64,000 bases of DNA. It comes from Candidatus Micrarchaeota archaeon. Its GTDB lineage: Archaea > Micrarchaeota > Micrarchaeia > Micrarchaeales > CABMGC01. The notes under the pieces were generated by a model. The model searched no databases. It was given only the letters and a program-made list of their open reading frames with translations, and was not told the origin of the DNA. The position numbers were made by a program, and so were the translations under genes. The DNA is taken from the NCBI GenBank assembly GCA_028867335.1, contig JAGWGN010000001.1, positions 113,608 through 177,607 on the forward strand, read 5' to 3'. Below are positions 44,804-57,804 of the stretch, in pieces (positions within the stretch are counted from its first letter, which is position 1; each line of letters starts with the position of its first letter).

Positions 44804-46671
44804 TACTTCTCTACCTTGAAGTCCGCATCCTGCGCATTGCCCTTGTCATCGCCCTCAGGCCCCGGCTGGCCCTCGCCTTCCGGACCTGCCGATCCGGCAC
44901 CCGGCTGGCCTGCGCCCGCCTGCTTGTACATCTCCGCGCCCATTCCCTGCATCGCCTCCTTTAGCGCCTCGAACTTCTCCTTGAGGTTGGGCTCCTCCTC
45001 CTTCTTTATCGCGTCCTTCGCGTCCTGGACCGCCTTCTCCACCTTACCCTTTATCTCTGCAGAGACCTTTGATCCGTCCTCCTTGATTAGCTTTTCAGCG
45101 GAGTAGATCATCGATTCGGTGCTGTTCTTCAGCTCGATGTAGTCGCGGATCTTCTTGTCCTCCTCAGAGTACTGCTCGGCCTCCTTCATCCTCTTTTCGA
45201 TCTCCTCCTTGCTCATCTTGTGCGGCGCGACCACCTGCATGCTCTGCTCCTTTCCTGTGGCCTTGTCCTTTGCGGTCACATGCAGTATGCCGTTTGCATC
45301 AATGTCAAATGAGACCTCTATCTGGGGCGTTCCCCTTGGCGCCGGTGGAAGTCCCATCAGGGTGAATCTTCCAAGCTCTATGTTGTCCTTGGATGTCGCC
45401 CTCTCTCCCTGCAGTATGTGGATGTCAACGCTTGTCTGCGAATCATCCGCCGTTGTGAACACCTGCGACTTCTTGATCGGTATTGTGGTGTTCTTGTCAA
45501 TCAGCTTCGTCATCACTCCTCCGAGCGTCTCGATTCCCAGCGAAAGCGGGGTGACGTCCAGAAGCACGATATCCTTCACCTCTCCAGTAAGCACTCCTGC
45601 CTGGATTGCCGCCCCGAAGGCTACCGCCTCCATCGGGTCCACACCTCTTTCTATTTTCTTTCCGAGAAGCTGTTCAACGTATCTTTGTACAATCGGCATC
45701 CTCGTAGGACCTCCGACAAGTATCACCTTGTCGATGTCCTTTGGCTCGAGCTTTGCGTCCTTTAGCGCATTTGCCACCGGCTTTGTCGTCCTCTCGACTA
45801 TCGGCACGACTATCTCCTCGAGCTTCGCCCTTGTGAACTGGTACGTGAAGTGCACAGGCGCGTTTCCCGGGCCCATTCCAAGGAACGGCAGGTTTATGTC
45901 GCTTGTCAGAGTCGTTGAAAGCTCTATCTTAGCCCTCTCTCCCGCCTCCCTCAGCCTCTGCATCGCCTGCTTGTCAGCAGATATGTCGATTCCTGCGCTC
46001 TTCTTGACCTCCGAAAGCAGGAAGTTTACTATCGCATTGTCCATGTCTGTGCCGCCAAGCTGCGTGTCGCCGTTGGTGGATTTCACCTCGAAGACTCCCT
46101 TTCCGAAGTCCATGATTGTTACGTCCAGCGTTCCCCCTCCGAAGTCGTAGACTAGGATCTTCATCTCCTTGTCAGCTTTGTCGATTCCGTAGGCAAGGCT
46201 CGCCGCCGTTGGCTCGTTCACCAGCCTCACTACCTCAAGCCCGGCGATCTGCCCGGCATCTTTTGTTGCCTGTCTCTGGTTGTCGTTGAAGTATGCGGGA
46301 ACAGTTATCACCGCCTTTGTTATCGTCTCTCCGAGGAACGCCTCCGCGTCGCTCTTTATCTTCTGGAGAAGCATTGCTGAGAGCTCCTGCGGCGAGTAGT
46401 CCTTACCGAATATCTTGTACTTGTAGTCCGTGCCTATCTTCCTCTTGAACGCCGAAACTGTGCCCTCGGAGTTTGCTACTGCCTGCCTCTTTGCCGGCTC
46501 CCCGACTATCCTCTGCCCGTCCTTTGTGAATGCGACGTAGCTCGGGAATGACTTTCCGTATAGCGAGGTGCCCTCGCTGCTAGGTATTAGCACCGGCCTT
46601 CCGCCCTCAAGTACCGCAGCTGCTGAGTTCGATGTTCCCAAATCTATTCCAATAATTTTCATTTCATTCAA
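44803..46671 (-). CDS. dnaK: chaperone DnaK (Hsp70)
   Basis: [15 protein letters not shown]...[13 protein letters not shown]...[10 protein letters not shown]. Confidence 0.97.
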   Translation of the reverse strand: MNEMKIIGIDLGTSNSAAAVLEGGRPVLIPSSEGTSLYGKSFPSYVAFTKDGQRIVGEPAKRQAVANSEGTVSAFKRKIGTDYKYKIFGKDYSPQELSAMLLQKIKSDAEAFLGETITKAVITVPAYFNDNQRQATKDAGQIAGLEVVRLVNEPTAASLAYGIDKADKEMKILVYDFGGGTLDVTIMDFGKGVFEVKSTNGDTQLGGTDMDNAIVNFLLSEVKKSAGIDISADKQAMQRLREAGERAKIELSTTLTSDINLPFLGMGPGNAPVHFTYQFTRAKLEEIVVPIVERTTKPVANALKDAKLEPKDIDKVILVGGPTRMPIVQRYVEQLLGKKIERGVDPMEAVAFGAAIQAGVLTGEVKDIVLLDVTPLSLGIETLGGVMTKLIDKNTTIPIKKSQVFTTADDSQTSVDIHILQGERATSKDNIELGRFTLMGLPPAPRGTPQIEVSFDIDANGILHVTAKDKATGKEQSMQVVAPHKMSKEEIEKRMKEAEQYSEEDKKIRDYIELKNSTESMIYSAEKLIKEDGSKVSAEIKGKVEKAVQDAKDAIKKEEEPNLKEKFEALKEAMQGMGAEMYKQAGAGQPGAGSAGPEGEGQPGPEGDDKGNAQDADFKVEK

Positions 46672-47183
46672 CCTATCTTTCCTTTCGAGACAATGACCGA
46701 AGCCGGCCTTATCATCAAATCCTTGAACATGTATCCCTTCCTGACGACCTCGAGAATCGTCCCTTCCTCCTCCTCGCTTTCCTTTGCCATCACAACTTCG
46801 TGCCTGTACGGATCCGCCTTTCCCTTCGCGTCCATCTCCTGAAGGCCTTCCGCCTTTAGCGCATCCGAGAAATTCGAGTAGACAAGCTTCATTCCCTTGA
46901 GCGCATCGTTCTTGCTGCTGTCCATCGAGCTTATCGCAAGCTCAAACTCGTCGAGGGTCGGAAGGAGCTTTTTCAAAAGCTCCGCCTTTCCCAGATTCTT
47001 AGAGGCGTCAATTTCCTTCCCTGTCCTCTTCTTGTAATTGTCAAACTCCGCAGCGAGCCTCAGCAGCCTGTCCTTTAGCTCCTCCGACTCGTCAGGTGCG
47101 TCCTTGGCAACCCCCTCGACAACCTGCTCATTTTCTTTTTGCGATTCTTTTTTGTCCTTTTCCTCGTCCGTAAATATCCCCCA
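46668..47183 (-). CDS. grpE: nucleotide exchange factor GrpE; start unresolved (first canonical start is TTG at 46976, but the conserved frame is open to 47183)
   Basis: The track ORF (102 aa) covers only the C-terminal half. My in-frame upstream translation reads ..[64 protein letters not shown], a typical GrpE long helix. It contains no ATG, GTG or TTG. Confidence 0.8.
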   Translation of the reverse strand, partial: WGIFTDEEKDKKESQKENEQVVEGVAKDAPDESEELKDRLLRLAAEFDNYKKRTGKEIDASKNLGKAELLKKLLPTLDEFELAISSMDSSKNDALKGMKLVYSNFSDALKAEGLQEMDAKGKADPYRHEVVMAKESEEEEGTILEVVRKGYMFKDLMIRPASVIVSKGKIG

Positions 47184-47574
47184 TCATCATCTGGTCGAAT
47201 TTCTCAGCAATCTCCATCATCCTGCCGAACTCCCTCTCCATGTCCGCCTGCATCTCCTCTATCGTGCTCTCCATGTCCGTCGCCCTCAGGAAGTACTTCC
47301 TTCCGCGCCTAACTATCAGGCCAGAGCTGATGAACCTGTTGAGGTGGTAGATGACCGTGGTCCTTGGCGTTTCAAGCTTGTCGTTTAGCTCCCTGCTGGT
47401 TATCCCAACCCCCTCGAAGCTGGTTATCACGATCTGCTTGAGCATCCCCGGCTCGAGCGTATCCTCGCTTTCCGAGATGTCAAGTGACTTTAGGAACCAC
47501 GACACAAGCGTGTCCACGTTTTCCTTCTGCGGCTTCTGTATCTGCCTAACGGCTATCTTTTCTCCAGTCGCCAT
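47128..47574 (-). CDS. winged-helix DNA-binding protein, first gene of the hsp70 operon (putative heat-shock regulator)
   Basis: ITSRELNDKLETPRTTVIYHLNRFISSGLIVRRGRKYFL is HTH plus wing. The last about 19 codons overlap the open grpE frame. Confidence 0.65.
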   Translation of the reverse strand: MATGEKIAVRQIQKPQKENVDTLVSWFLKSLDISESEDTLEPGMLKQIVITSFEGVGITSRELNDKLETPRTTVIYHLNRFISSGLIVRRGRKYFLRATDMESTIEEMQADMEREFGRMMEIAEKFDQMMMGDIYGRGKGQKRIAKRK

Positions 47575-47593
47575 GATAGACGTATGTTTGAAA

Positions 47594-47604
47594 TAATATA
47601 AATA
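47594..47604 (-). promoter_or_regulatory. TATA box (TATTTATATTA on the minus strand) of the HTH-grpE-dnaK-dnaJ operon
   Basis: 20-30 nt upstream of the ATG at 47574. Confidence 0.5.
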
Positions 47605-47701
47605 CCTTTGCTTTCTTTCAATAAAAAGTTGTAAGATTATGCATTTATTCGATTTCTCCGCCTTCTGATGGCTTTTTATCCCCTAAGCGCGTAATCCGAT
47701 T

Positions 47702-48769
47702 ATGTCATTTGGTTTATTCCAGGCGTATCTGGTATTTGTCTTGCTTGTGGCGTTAGGAATGGTACTTATGGGCGCAAGGACCTACAAGTCAAGGGAATTC
47801 AAGATCCGCTTTGCGCCCAGAACTCTGGTAATTGTTCCCTGCCGCGGTGAGGACGTCACTTTAGAAAAAAATCTTGCTGCGATAAGCAATCAGATATATT
47901 CCAATTATAATCTGGTCTGCGTCGTGGATGAAGAAAGCGATCCCTCGCTAAAAGCGATTAAAAAACTCGGGCTAAAATACATCCTTTCGGTTGCAGACTG
48001 CAAAAACTGCAGCGGGAAGGTGAGGGCAATAACCACCGCCTTGCAGAAGTTCCGCAACTATTCGGTATACGTGATTGCCGATTCGGATATCCTGCCGGAG
48101 CGGGAGTGGCTCAAAAACCTCATCACTCCACTATCCGACAAGAGGGTAGGGCTTTCGACCGGATATCCGTTTTTCAATCCCCTCGGTGGCTTCTGGTCAA
48201 AAGTTAAAAGCGCCTGGGGTTTGGTCGGGGAGGGTTTAATGGAGTCAAAGCTCACCGTGTTTGGATGGGGAGGGTCTCTGGCCTTTAGAAAGGAGCTTCT
48301 CGACCCGAAAGGTTTGGACCTATTCAAAGGCTCCCTTTCAGATGACATTGCGCTTACAAAGATCGCGAAGGAGAAATCGCTAGAGATATTCTATTCCAAA
48401 AACGCCAGGCTGCAGGTTAATGTGAAGGAGGGCGTGCAAGAGTTCATTGAGTGGGCCAATCGGCAGACCTCCCTTTCGATTCTCGGCGACAATAAGATCT
48501 TCTATCTTGGTATCACCTTCTACTCTGCCCAGATTCTGGTGCTTCTTTCCGGAATAATCCTGGGAATATTTTACAATCCGATATTCTTTGCACTCCTGCT
48601 TCCAATACTAATCGGGGCCGCTCGGGGATATCTCAGACTCCGCAAAAGATATTATGAATTTTTCATCCTAGTCCCTATGCTCCCGTTTCTATATCTCCTC
48701 AACCTGATTGTGGCAAAAAACATGAAAGAAATAAATTGGCGCGGGAACAAATACCTTCTAAAGCAGTAA
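47702..48769 (+). CDS. family 2 glycosyltransferase with membrane-spanning N- and C-termini
   Basis: LVIVPCRGEDVTLEKNL..NQIY..LVCVVDEESDPS, the DxD-like IADSDI, and C-terminal TM helices. Confidence 0.75.
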   Translation: MSFGLFQAYLVFVLLVALGMVLMGARTYKSREFKIRFAPRTLVIVPCRGEDVTLEKNLAAISNQIYSNYNLVCVVDEESDPSLKAIKKLGLKYILSVADCKNCSGKVRAITTALQKFRNYSVYVIADSDILPEREWLKNLITPLSDKRVGLSTGYPFFNPLGGFWSKVKSAWGLVGEGLMESKLTVFGWGGSLAFRKELLDPKGLDLFKGSLSDDIALTKIAKEKSLEIFYSKNARLQVNVKEGVQEFIEWANRQTSLSILGDNKIFYLGITFYSAQILVLLSGIILGIFYNPIFFALLLPILIGAARGYLRLRKRYYEFFILVPMLPFLYLLNLIVAKNMKEINWRGNKYLLKQ

Positions 48770-48820
48770 TAAACAAAGAGTTGCTAACGCTTAATAATAT
48801 AAACGAACAGAAATAGCTAT

Positions 48821-48892
48821 GGCCTTGGTGGTGTAATGGCTGCACGGGGGACTGTGGATCCCCTAGTCCGGGTCCGATTCCCGGCCTAGGCC
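48821..48892 (+). tRNA. tRNA-His (anticodon GUG) with encoded G-1
   Basis: Hand fold. G-1 pairs with C73. Acceptor GCCUUGG/CCUAGGC has one U-U mismatch. D arm GUGU..GCAC. Anticodon arm GGGGA-CUGUGGA-UCCCC. T arm CCGGG-UCCGAUU-CCCGG. Confidence 0.85.
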
Positions 48893-48961
48893 CTCTAAAC
48901 GAACTCTTCCACTAAACAGTAGCCTTTTTATAGCGAGTTGAGATATATACTTGGCGGTAAT

Positions 48962-49102
48962 ATGGTAGAAGCATATTGTATGAAGTGTAAGGAGAAGAGA
49001 GAGATGAAGGACGTCAAGGAAGTCACAATGAAGAACGGCAAGCAGGCGAAGTCAGGGGTTTGCTCTGTTTGTGGCACAAAGATGTTCAAAATAGGAGGCT
49101 AA
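48962..49102 (+). CDS. small zinc-ribbon protein (46 aa; DUF5679-like)
   Basis: Own translation: MVEAYCMKCKEKREMKDVKEVTMKNGKQAKSGVCSVCGTKMFKIGG (CxxC..CxxC). TATA cctttttatag lies about 22-30 nt upstream. Confidence 0.6.
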   Translation: MVEAYCMKCKEKREMKDVKEVTMKNGKQAKSGVCSVCGTKMFKIGG

Positions 49103-49127
49103 GGTTAATCCTCCGCTCTTGCAGTCT

Positions 49128-49151
49128 AGGGGATAAACTCCCCTCATTTTT
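49128..49151 (+). terminator. hairpin agggga-taaac-tcccct followed by T5
   Basis: Read directly, 26 nt after the stop of the zinc-ribbon ORF. Confidence 0.4.
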
Positions 49152-49213
49152 AATATTATTTTTGCTTTATCCTGTTTCTAAAATGCGCTTTGCATCCTAG
49201 TTTGAAAGGGAAG

Positions 49214-49285
49214 TGGACTCCGCGGGATTCGAACCCGCAACCTCCTGCATGCCATGCAGGCGCGCTACCGTTGCGCCAGGAGCCC
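49214..49285 (-). tRNA. tRNA-Ala (anticodon GGC)
   Basis: Hand fold. GGGCUCC/GGAGUCC with the G3-U70 Ala identity pair, A73. D arm GCGC-AACGGUA-GCGC. Anticodon arm CCUGC-AUGGCAU-GCAGG. T arm GCGGG-UUCGAAU-CCCGC. Confidence 0.9.
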
Positions 49286-49378
49286 ATAGAGAAGTATTTA
49301 TTCCAAGTCTATATTAAACATTCTCCTTTTCATGCAAAAGCACAGCTACATCTTATTATTTTCAAGGCAATCTCTTGC

Positions 49379-49600
49379 TTATGCAGGCGAAACAAACAGT
49401 ATGTTTCCTCCCCTGAGCAGGATCGTGCCCAGCTTGGTCTTAAGGTTTCCGTCCTCGATCTCCTCGGCATTGTCGAGAACTATATTCATGTGTATGTCGA
49501 ATGCTGTAACCTTGCCCCTCATGTCGGTGCCGTTCTTCAGCCTTATCAAAACTTGCTGTCCTATTGCCTTGTTCAAAAGGTCAAATGGTCTCTCTTGCAT
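49379..49600 (-). CDS. Sm-like archaeal protein (LSm/SmAP)
   Basis: PFDLLNKAIGQQVLIRLKNGTDMRGKVTAFDIHMNIVLDNAEE...GTILLRGGNILFVSP contains the Sm1 and Sm2 motifs. Confidence 0.9.
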   Translation of the reverse strand: MQERPFDLLNKAIGQQVLIRLKNGTDMRGKVTAFDIHMNIVLDNAEEIEDGNLKTKLGTILLRGGNILFVSPA

Positions 49601-49646
49601 TTCTTTTCACCAATAAATAAACACTATAGCTGCGCTTTGCGCATTA

Positions 49647-53258
<3,612 letters not shown>

Positions 53259-53262
<4 letters not shown>

Positions 53263-55091
53263 TCCTTTAGTTTCATCGCAGGGAAGATGTGCATCGACTT
53301 GATCTCGTCTAGCAGCAGCTTGAAGGCGTAGCTTATCTCAACCTCCGACATTGCCGTTCCGCCGCAGATCGGGCAGACCACCGTCCTCTTGATGTAATCG
53401 TAATATCCGATGTTTCCGCAGTCCTTGCAGATGAGCACTGCAGCCTTGTCGCTCTGGTCAAGCAATCTCTCCTTTAGCAAGAGGCTCGCTCCGTATCCGA
53501 CGAGTACGTCTCGTTCCATCTCTCCGAACCTCAGTCCTCCCTGCCTTGCCTTTCCTTCCGTCGGCTGGTGGGTGAGTATCTGGACAGGTCCTCTGCTTCT
53601 TACCTGCAGCTTGTTTGAGACCATGTGGTAGAGTCTGTTGTAGTAAACTACTCCGTTGAATATCTTTGCCTGGAATCTCTTTCCCGTGATTCCGTCGTAT
53701 AGCGTCTCGTCCCCGAACTTGTCGAAGCCGTGCTCCTCAAGCGTCTTTCCGTACTCCTCGATTCTCTGCGATCCCTTCTCCGCAAATGCGGTTCCGTCGA
53801 CCATCTTTCCTGATAGCGCACCCGCCTTTCCTGCGAGCTCCTCAAGCAGATGTCCGAATGTGAGTCTGTTTGGAACCGAGTGTGGGTTTAGCAGCAAGTC
53901 TGGAACTATTCCCTGCTCGTTAAATGGCATGTCCTCCTGAGGCACAATGTAGGCGGCTACTCCCTTCTGTCCCTGTCTGCTCGCGAACTTGTCTCCCTTC
54001 TCCGGGACCCTGAGGCTCTTGATCCTCACCTTCACGACCTTTGTCGCCCCGGTTGACTCTGTGAATACGACACTGTCGATGACTCCCTTTTCTCCTGCCT
54101 TCAGGGTTGTTGAGTCATCTCTGATCTTCTCCTCAAGTCCGCTTGCGCTGATGCTTTCCTCAAGGAACCTTGGTGGTGCTACCTTTCCGATGAGAACATC
54201 TCCCTCGTCGACAATCGTCTCCGGCTCGATTATTCCGTCCTCGCTGAGCTTTGAGTATGCATGCTCACCCAAATATCCCTCTGCAGTTGCAGGCGGAACC
54301 TTGAAGACGTCCTTCTGTCCTCCCGGATATCTTCTTTCCTCGTCGCTGTATGTCTTGTAGAACATGCTTCTTCCAAGTCCCCTGTCAACTGCTGCCTTGT
54401 TTAGGACGATGGCGTCTGCCATGTTGTATCCGTAGTAAGTTGAAAGCGCGACGATGAAGTTCTGTCCGCTTGGGTGCTTCTCCATGTGCGCTGACTTGAA
54501 TACCGATGTCGAGACAATCGGTGCCTGCGGGTAGAAGAGCAAGTATGATCTTGAATCAAACCTCAGGTTGAAGTTTGTGGCGTAGAGTCCCTGGCTCTGC
54601 TTGATGAAGTTAGAGAGCATTGCGTGTCTTGCCGCGTTGTTGTGCTCCGGGAAAGGTGACATGTTTAGCGTGAATCCGAAGATCGATGTTGTGTCGACCT
54701 CAAGGTGGGTTGTCTCTGCAGTTATGTCCTTCTCCTTGAAGACCACAAGCGTGTTCTCCTCCTCCTCTGCGTCAAGGAACTCGACGATCCCGTGCCTTAG
54801 CAAATAGTTGAAGTCAATTTCCTTTTTTCTGAGCTTGTCCATGAGGTCCGGGGTGAGCTTTGACTTTCCTCCCTCGACTATGATGTACGGCTTTCTGATT
54901 CTTCCGTTGTCCGTGTTGATGTGGACTGCGTTTAGCTTAGGAACGAATGCTACATTGATCTCTCCGGATAGGACTCCCGTTCTCCTTGCGGTCCTGATCT
55001 CGTTTGTGTAGGTCTTTCCGTCCTTGACGTACCCGAGGATCTTCCCGTTTATGTAAACGTAACATTTTTCGTTGATGCTTCTTTTTGCCAT
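53259..55091 (-). CDS. rpoB1: DNA-directed RNA polymerase subunit B' (C-terminal half of a split RpoB)
   Basis: GDKFASRQGQKGV, LRFGEMERD, and the C-terminal zinc motif CKDCG...CPICG. Confidence 0.97.
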
Positions 55092-55099
55092 AAGACCAC

Positions 55100-56575
55100 T
55101 TATATTTCCTCAATCTTGCTGATCTCCTTGAGCTTCTGCTCAGTGAGCTTCTCGTCAGCGCCGACCGTCACCTTTGCCATGACTGCAAGGTACTTTGTGA
55201 GTCCTACCTCCTGACCTTCTGGGGTCTCGGATGGGCAGATCTTTCCCCACTGGGTTCCGTGCACGTCTCTTGCCCTAAAGTGAGGGTGCTTCTTCGCTAG
55301 CGGAGATTTGATTCTCCTTAAGTGTGTGTATGTGCTGATCAGATTCGTCCTGTCAAGAACCTGCGAAACTCCAGTCTGTCCTGCAACCCAAGTTCCCGTT
55401 CCCATTGCGTAGTTGATCTTCTCGGTGAGGGTGTCTGGGCTGATTATTGTCTGGATCGTCATCTTTCTTCCTCTGGCGCTTGTCCTCTCTATCTGGTACT
55501 TCACGTCCTTGACGAAGAATCTGAATGCGTATGCAAAGAGCTCCTCCATGAGCTCTCCGGCAAACTTGACCCTCTTGTTTGCGTAGTGGTCCTTGTCGTC
55601 CTGCTTTACGTACTTGTTTGAGACAAGTGATGCCTTCTTTGCCATCTCGATTAGGTATCTCGCCTTCTCCTTTCTTGCGGCAGGGTCCGTTCCGAGGTGC
55701 GGAAGCAGGTAGGTGTCAATCTGGGTCTCTGCCCTCTTCTGCTGGTACTCCTTTGCCTGTCCAGGAGCCGCGAGCTTACCGATCTCAAGCGCAGCCTCTG
55801 TCGGGCCGATCTCGCTTGCCTCGTTGACCTCGACGTTAAGTAGGATGTCGTTCTTCACCGCCTGGATGTCTGATGCAATCTCAAGCATCTCCTTTGTCTG
55901 CAGGCCAAGTGCCCTGAGCATCATGACAAAGTTGATCGGTTTTGGTGCAGTCGGGAAGTTTACGCTTAGGTTCCCGTGGGTGTCCCTTGTGACGACGCAC
56001 CTTGCCCTGAATCCTGCCGCAGTTGAGAACACCTTGCTGACCACTTCGGAGTTTCCCTTCTCTTTTGTCGTCATTATCCTGTTTGGCGCAAGATCCTCGA
56101 GCCCGATCAGAACTCGCTCCGTTCCCTTGATTATGAAGTATCCTCCAGGGTCTTCCGGGTCCTCCCCGTTCTCCTGAAGCTGTGATCTTGTCATCGTCTT
56201 GATGTGGCAGATGCTGCTTCTAAGCATCACAGGCAACTCCCCTACGAAGACCTCGCCGTAGGATGCCGGCTTCTCGATTCCCCTGACCACCGGAACGAAT
56301 TCAAGGAACATCGGAGCTGCGTAAGTGAGATTTCTAAGTCTGGCCTCGTTAGGAAGCACGTTCCTCCTTGAGCTGTCCGCCTCGATGATCGATGGCTTGT
56401 CGAGTCTTATCTTTCCGAGCTTGAGCGAGAATCCCTCAACGTTTGGCTCGATCGATGACTGCTTGTCAACGATTTTCTGGAGCCCGAAGTCCAGGAACCT
56501 GTTGAAGCTCTCGATCTGATGCTGCAAAAGCGCGTTTGGTGTAATATAGGAGTCTATCAATTCATTGCTCATCAA
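55100..56575 (-). CDS. rpoB2: DNA-directed RNA polymerase subunit B'' (N-terminal half of a split RpoB)
   Basis: LLQHQIESFNRFLDFGLQKIV... and RIKSPLAKKHPHFRARDVHGTQWGKICPSETPEGQEVGL. Confidence 0.97.
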   Translation of the reverse strand: MMSNELIDSYITPNALLQHQIESFNRFLDFGLQKIVDKQSSIEPNVEGFSLKLGKIRLDKPSIIEADSSRRNVLPNEARLRNLTYAAPMFLEFVPVVRGIEKPASYGEVFVGELPVMLRSSICHIKTMTRSQLQENGEDPEDPGGYFIIKGTERVLIGLEDLAPNRIMTTKEKGNSEVVSKVFSTAAGFRARCVVTRDTHGNLSVNFPTAPKPINFVMMLRALGLQTKEMLEIASDIQAVKNDILLNVEVNEASEIGPTEAALEIGKLAAPGQAKEYQQKRAETQIDTYLLPHLGTDPAARKEKARYLIEMAKKASLVSNKYVKQDDKDHYANKRVKFAGELMEELFAYAFRFFVKDVKYQIERTSARGRKMTIQTIISPDTLTEKINYAMGTGTWVAGQTGVSQVLDRTNLISTYTHLRRIKSPLAKKHPHFRARDVHGTQWGKICPSETPEGQEVGLTKYLAVMAKVTVGADEKLTEQKLKEISKIEEI

Positions 56576-56588
56576 AGCACCTCTTAAC

Positions 56589-56861
56589 TTAACCTTCGAT
56601 TACTATTCTGTAGTAAAGATACTTGTTCCCCGCCGTGTCCTGCCTGTGTATCCTTACTACCTGCTCTCTCTTTGCCTTTCCCCCCAGTGCTGGGTCGTCG
56701 CTAAGTATCCTCGGCAACTTCTCAGCAGTGGTGTTTAGCTCCTGAAGCACCTTCTTTGCCTCAGCGTCGCTCAAAATTTCATGTTTAGGTACCAGCAAGT
56801 TCTCATAGGATGTTATCGAATGTTCCTTGTCGTTTACCAAATATTCACCTAAAACCAGCAC
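56589..56861 (-). CDS. rpoH: DNA-directed RNA polymerase subunit H (Rpo5)
   Basis: LLVPKHEILSDAEAKKVLQELNTTAEKLPRILSDDPA...VVRIHRQ. GTG start with a TATA (revcomp of ggttatatac) 31-40 nt upstream. Confidence 0.9.
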   Translation of the reverse strand: MLVLGEYLVNDKEHSITSYENLLVPKHEILSDAEAKKVLQELNTTAEKLPRILSDDPALGGKAKREQVVRIHRQDTAGNKYLYYRIVIEG

Positions 56862-57028
56862 TACCTCTAACCACGCACGTTAGAATAAATAGGTTATATA
56901 CAAAAAAGTTTATATATATTGGCTCTTTTAGCTGCACTAAGACTCCAACCCTACCGCCAAGATGCCTGAATTGCATTGCGAAAGGGTTAAATAATTCTCA
57001 TGCGCACCCATTAGATTATCGTGGTCTG

Positions 57029-57796
57029 ATGCAGAAATCAATCCTAGTCTTCGTCGTGCTCCTTGCCGCAATAATAATATTCACATACTTTAGCTATTAT
57101 GGGCGCACATCATCGTCACAGACCACCACCACGATCCCCCAGAACGCAGTTGCGACCACCACGATAATAGCAGTCAATACCACCTCCACATCGACCACCA
57201 CGATACCTCAGGGTAGCTGCCTGTCCACAGAATCGAGGGTGCCGGTGTTCAACGGCAACTTTTCCACCGGGACTTACATAGGCTGGAACCAGACCGGGGG
57301 AGGATTCGGATCAGTTCCATTCAATCTGACTTATGCAAACAAGCCAAACGTGAGTGCGTACTACAACCACACCTGGACTGGATACAACGGAACGTTCTTT
57401 GCCAGCACATACCATGGGGGGATAGGCATTCAGCCAGGGAACCTCACATCATTACCGTTTAAGATAGTGGAGCCGTACCTAAATTTCAAGATAATCTCAC
57501 CTGCGCAGGAGCAGATCTACGTGCAGATACTGCAGAACGATACCCCTGTCGTGACGACGCACTACAACACCAACATCCCTGGGAATCCTTACCCGACCAG
57601 CCTATTCCTAAATGCAAGCATACCTCTCTCGCTCTCGCTGTGCCAGAACGTGAGCATAAAGGTGGTGGCGCAGGTCGTGGGAGGCTTCACGAACTCCAGA
57701 AACTACATAGCAATCGGCGACTTCTACCAGAGCAAGAACCCGGTCTCTACCCCAGGCATAATCGTCAACCAGACGATAAAGGGGATAAACGGATAG
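57029..57796 (+). CDS. secreted/surface-anchored protein with an N-terminal TM/signal anchor, a Thr-rich linker and many N-glycosylation sequons
   Basis: MQKSILVFVVLLAAIIIFTYF, then TTTTIPQNAVATTTIIAVNTTSTSTTTIPQ. There are at least 10 NxS/T sequons. The track ORF's upstream 73 codons overlap rpoH and are rejected. Confidence 0.6.
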   Translation: MQKSILVFVVLLAAIIIFTYFSYYGRTSSSQTTTTIPQNAVATTTIIAVNTTSTSTTTIPQGSCLSTESRVPVFNGNFSTGTYIGWNQTGGGFGSVPFNLTYANKPNVSAYYNHTWTGYNGTFFASTYHGGIGIQPGNLTSLPFKIVEPYLNFKIISPAQEQIYVQILQNDTPVVTTHYNTNIPGNPYPTSLFLNASIPLSLSLCQNVSIKVVAQVVGGFTNSRNYIAIGDFYQSKNPVSTPGIIVNQTIKGING

Positions 57797-57804
57797 GTGC
57801 TTGA

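Noticed and set aside
44205-46150. Long plus-strand ORFs (194, 247 and 331 aa) antisense to dnaJ and dnaK
   Set aside because: They are antisense shadows of strongly supported chaperone genes. The translations are Ser/Pro/Leu-rich with no motifs.
56810-57028. N-terminal 73 codons of the 328-aa track ORF 56810..57796
   Set aside because: This part overlaps rpoH and its promoter. A clean signal-anchor start (MQKSILVF...) begins at 57029.
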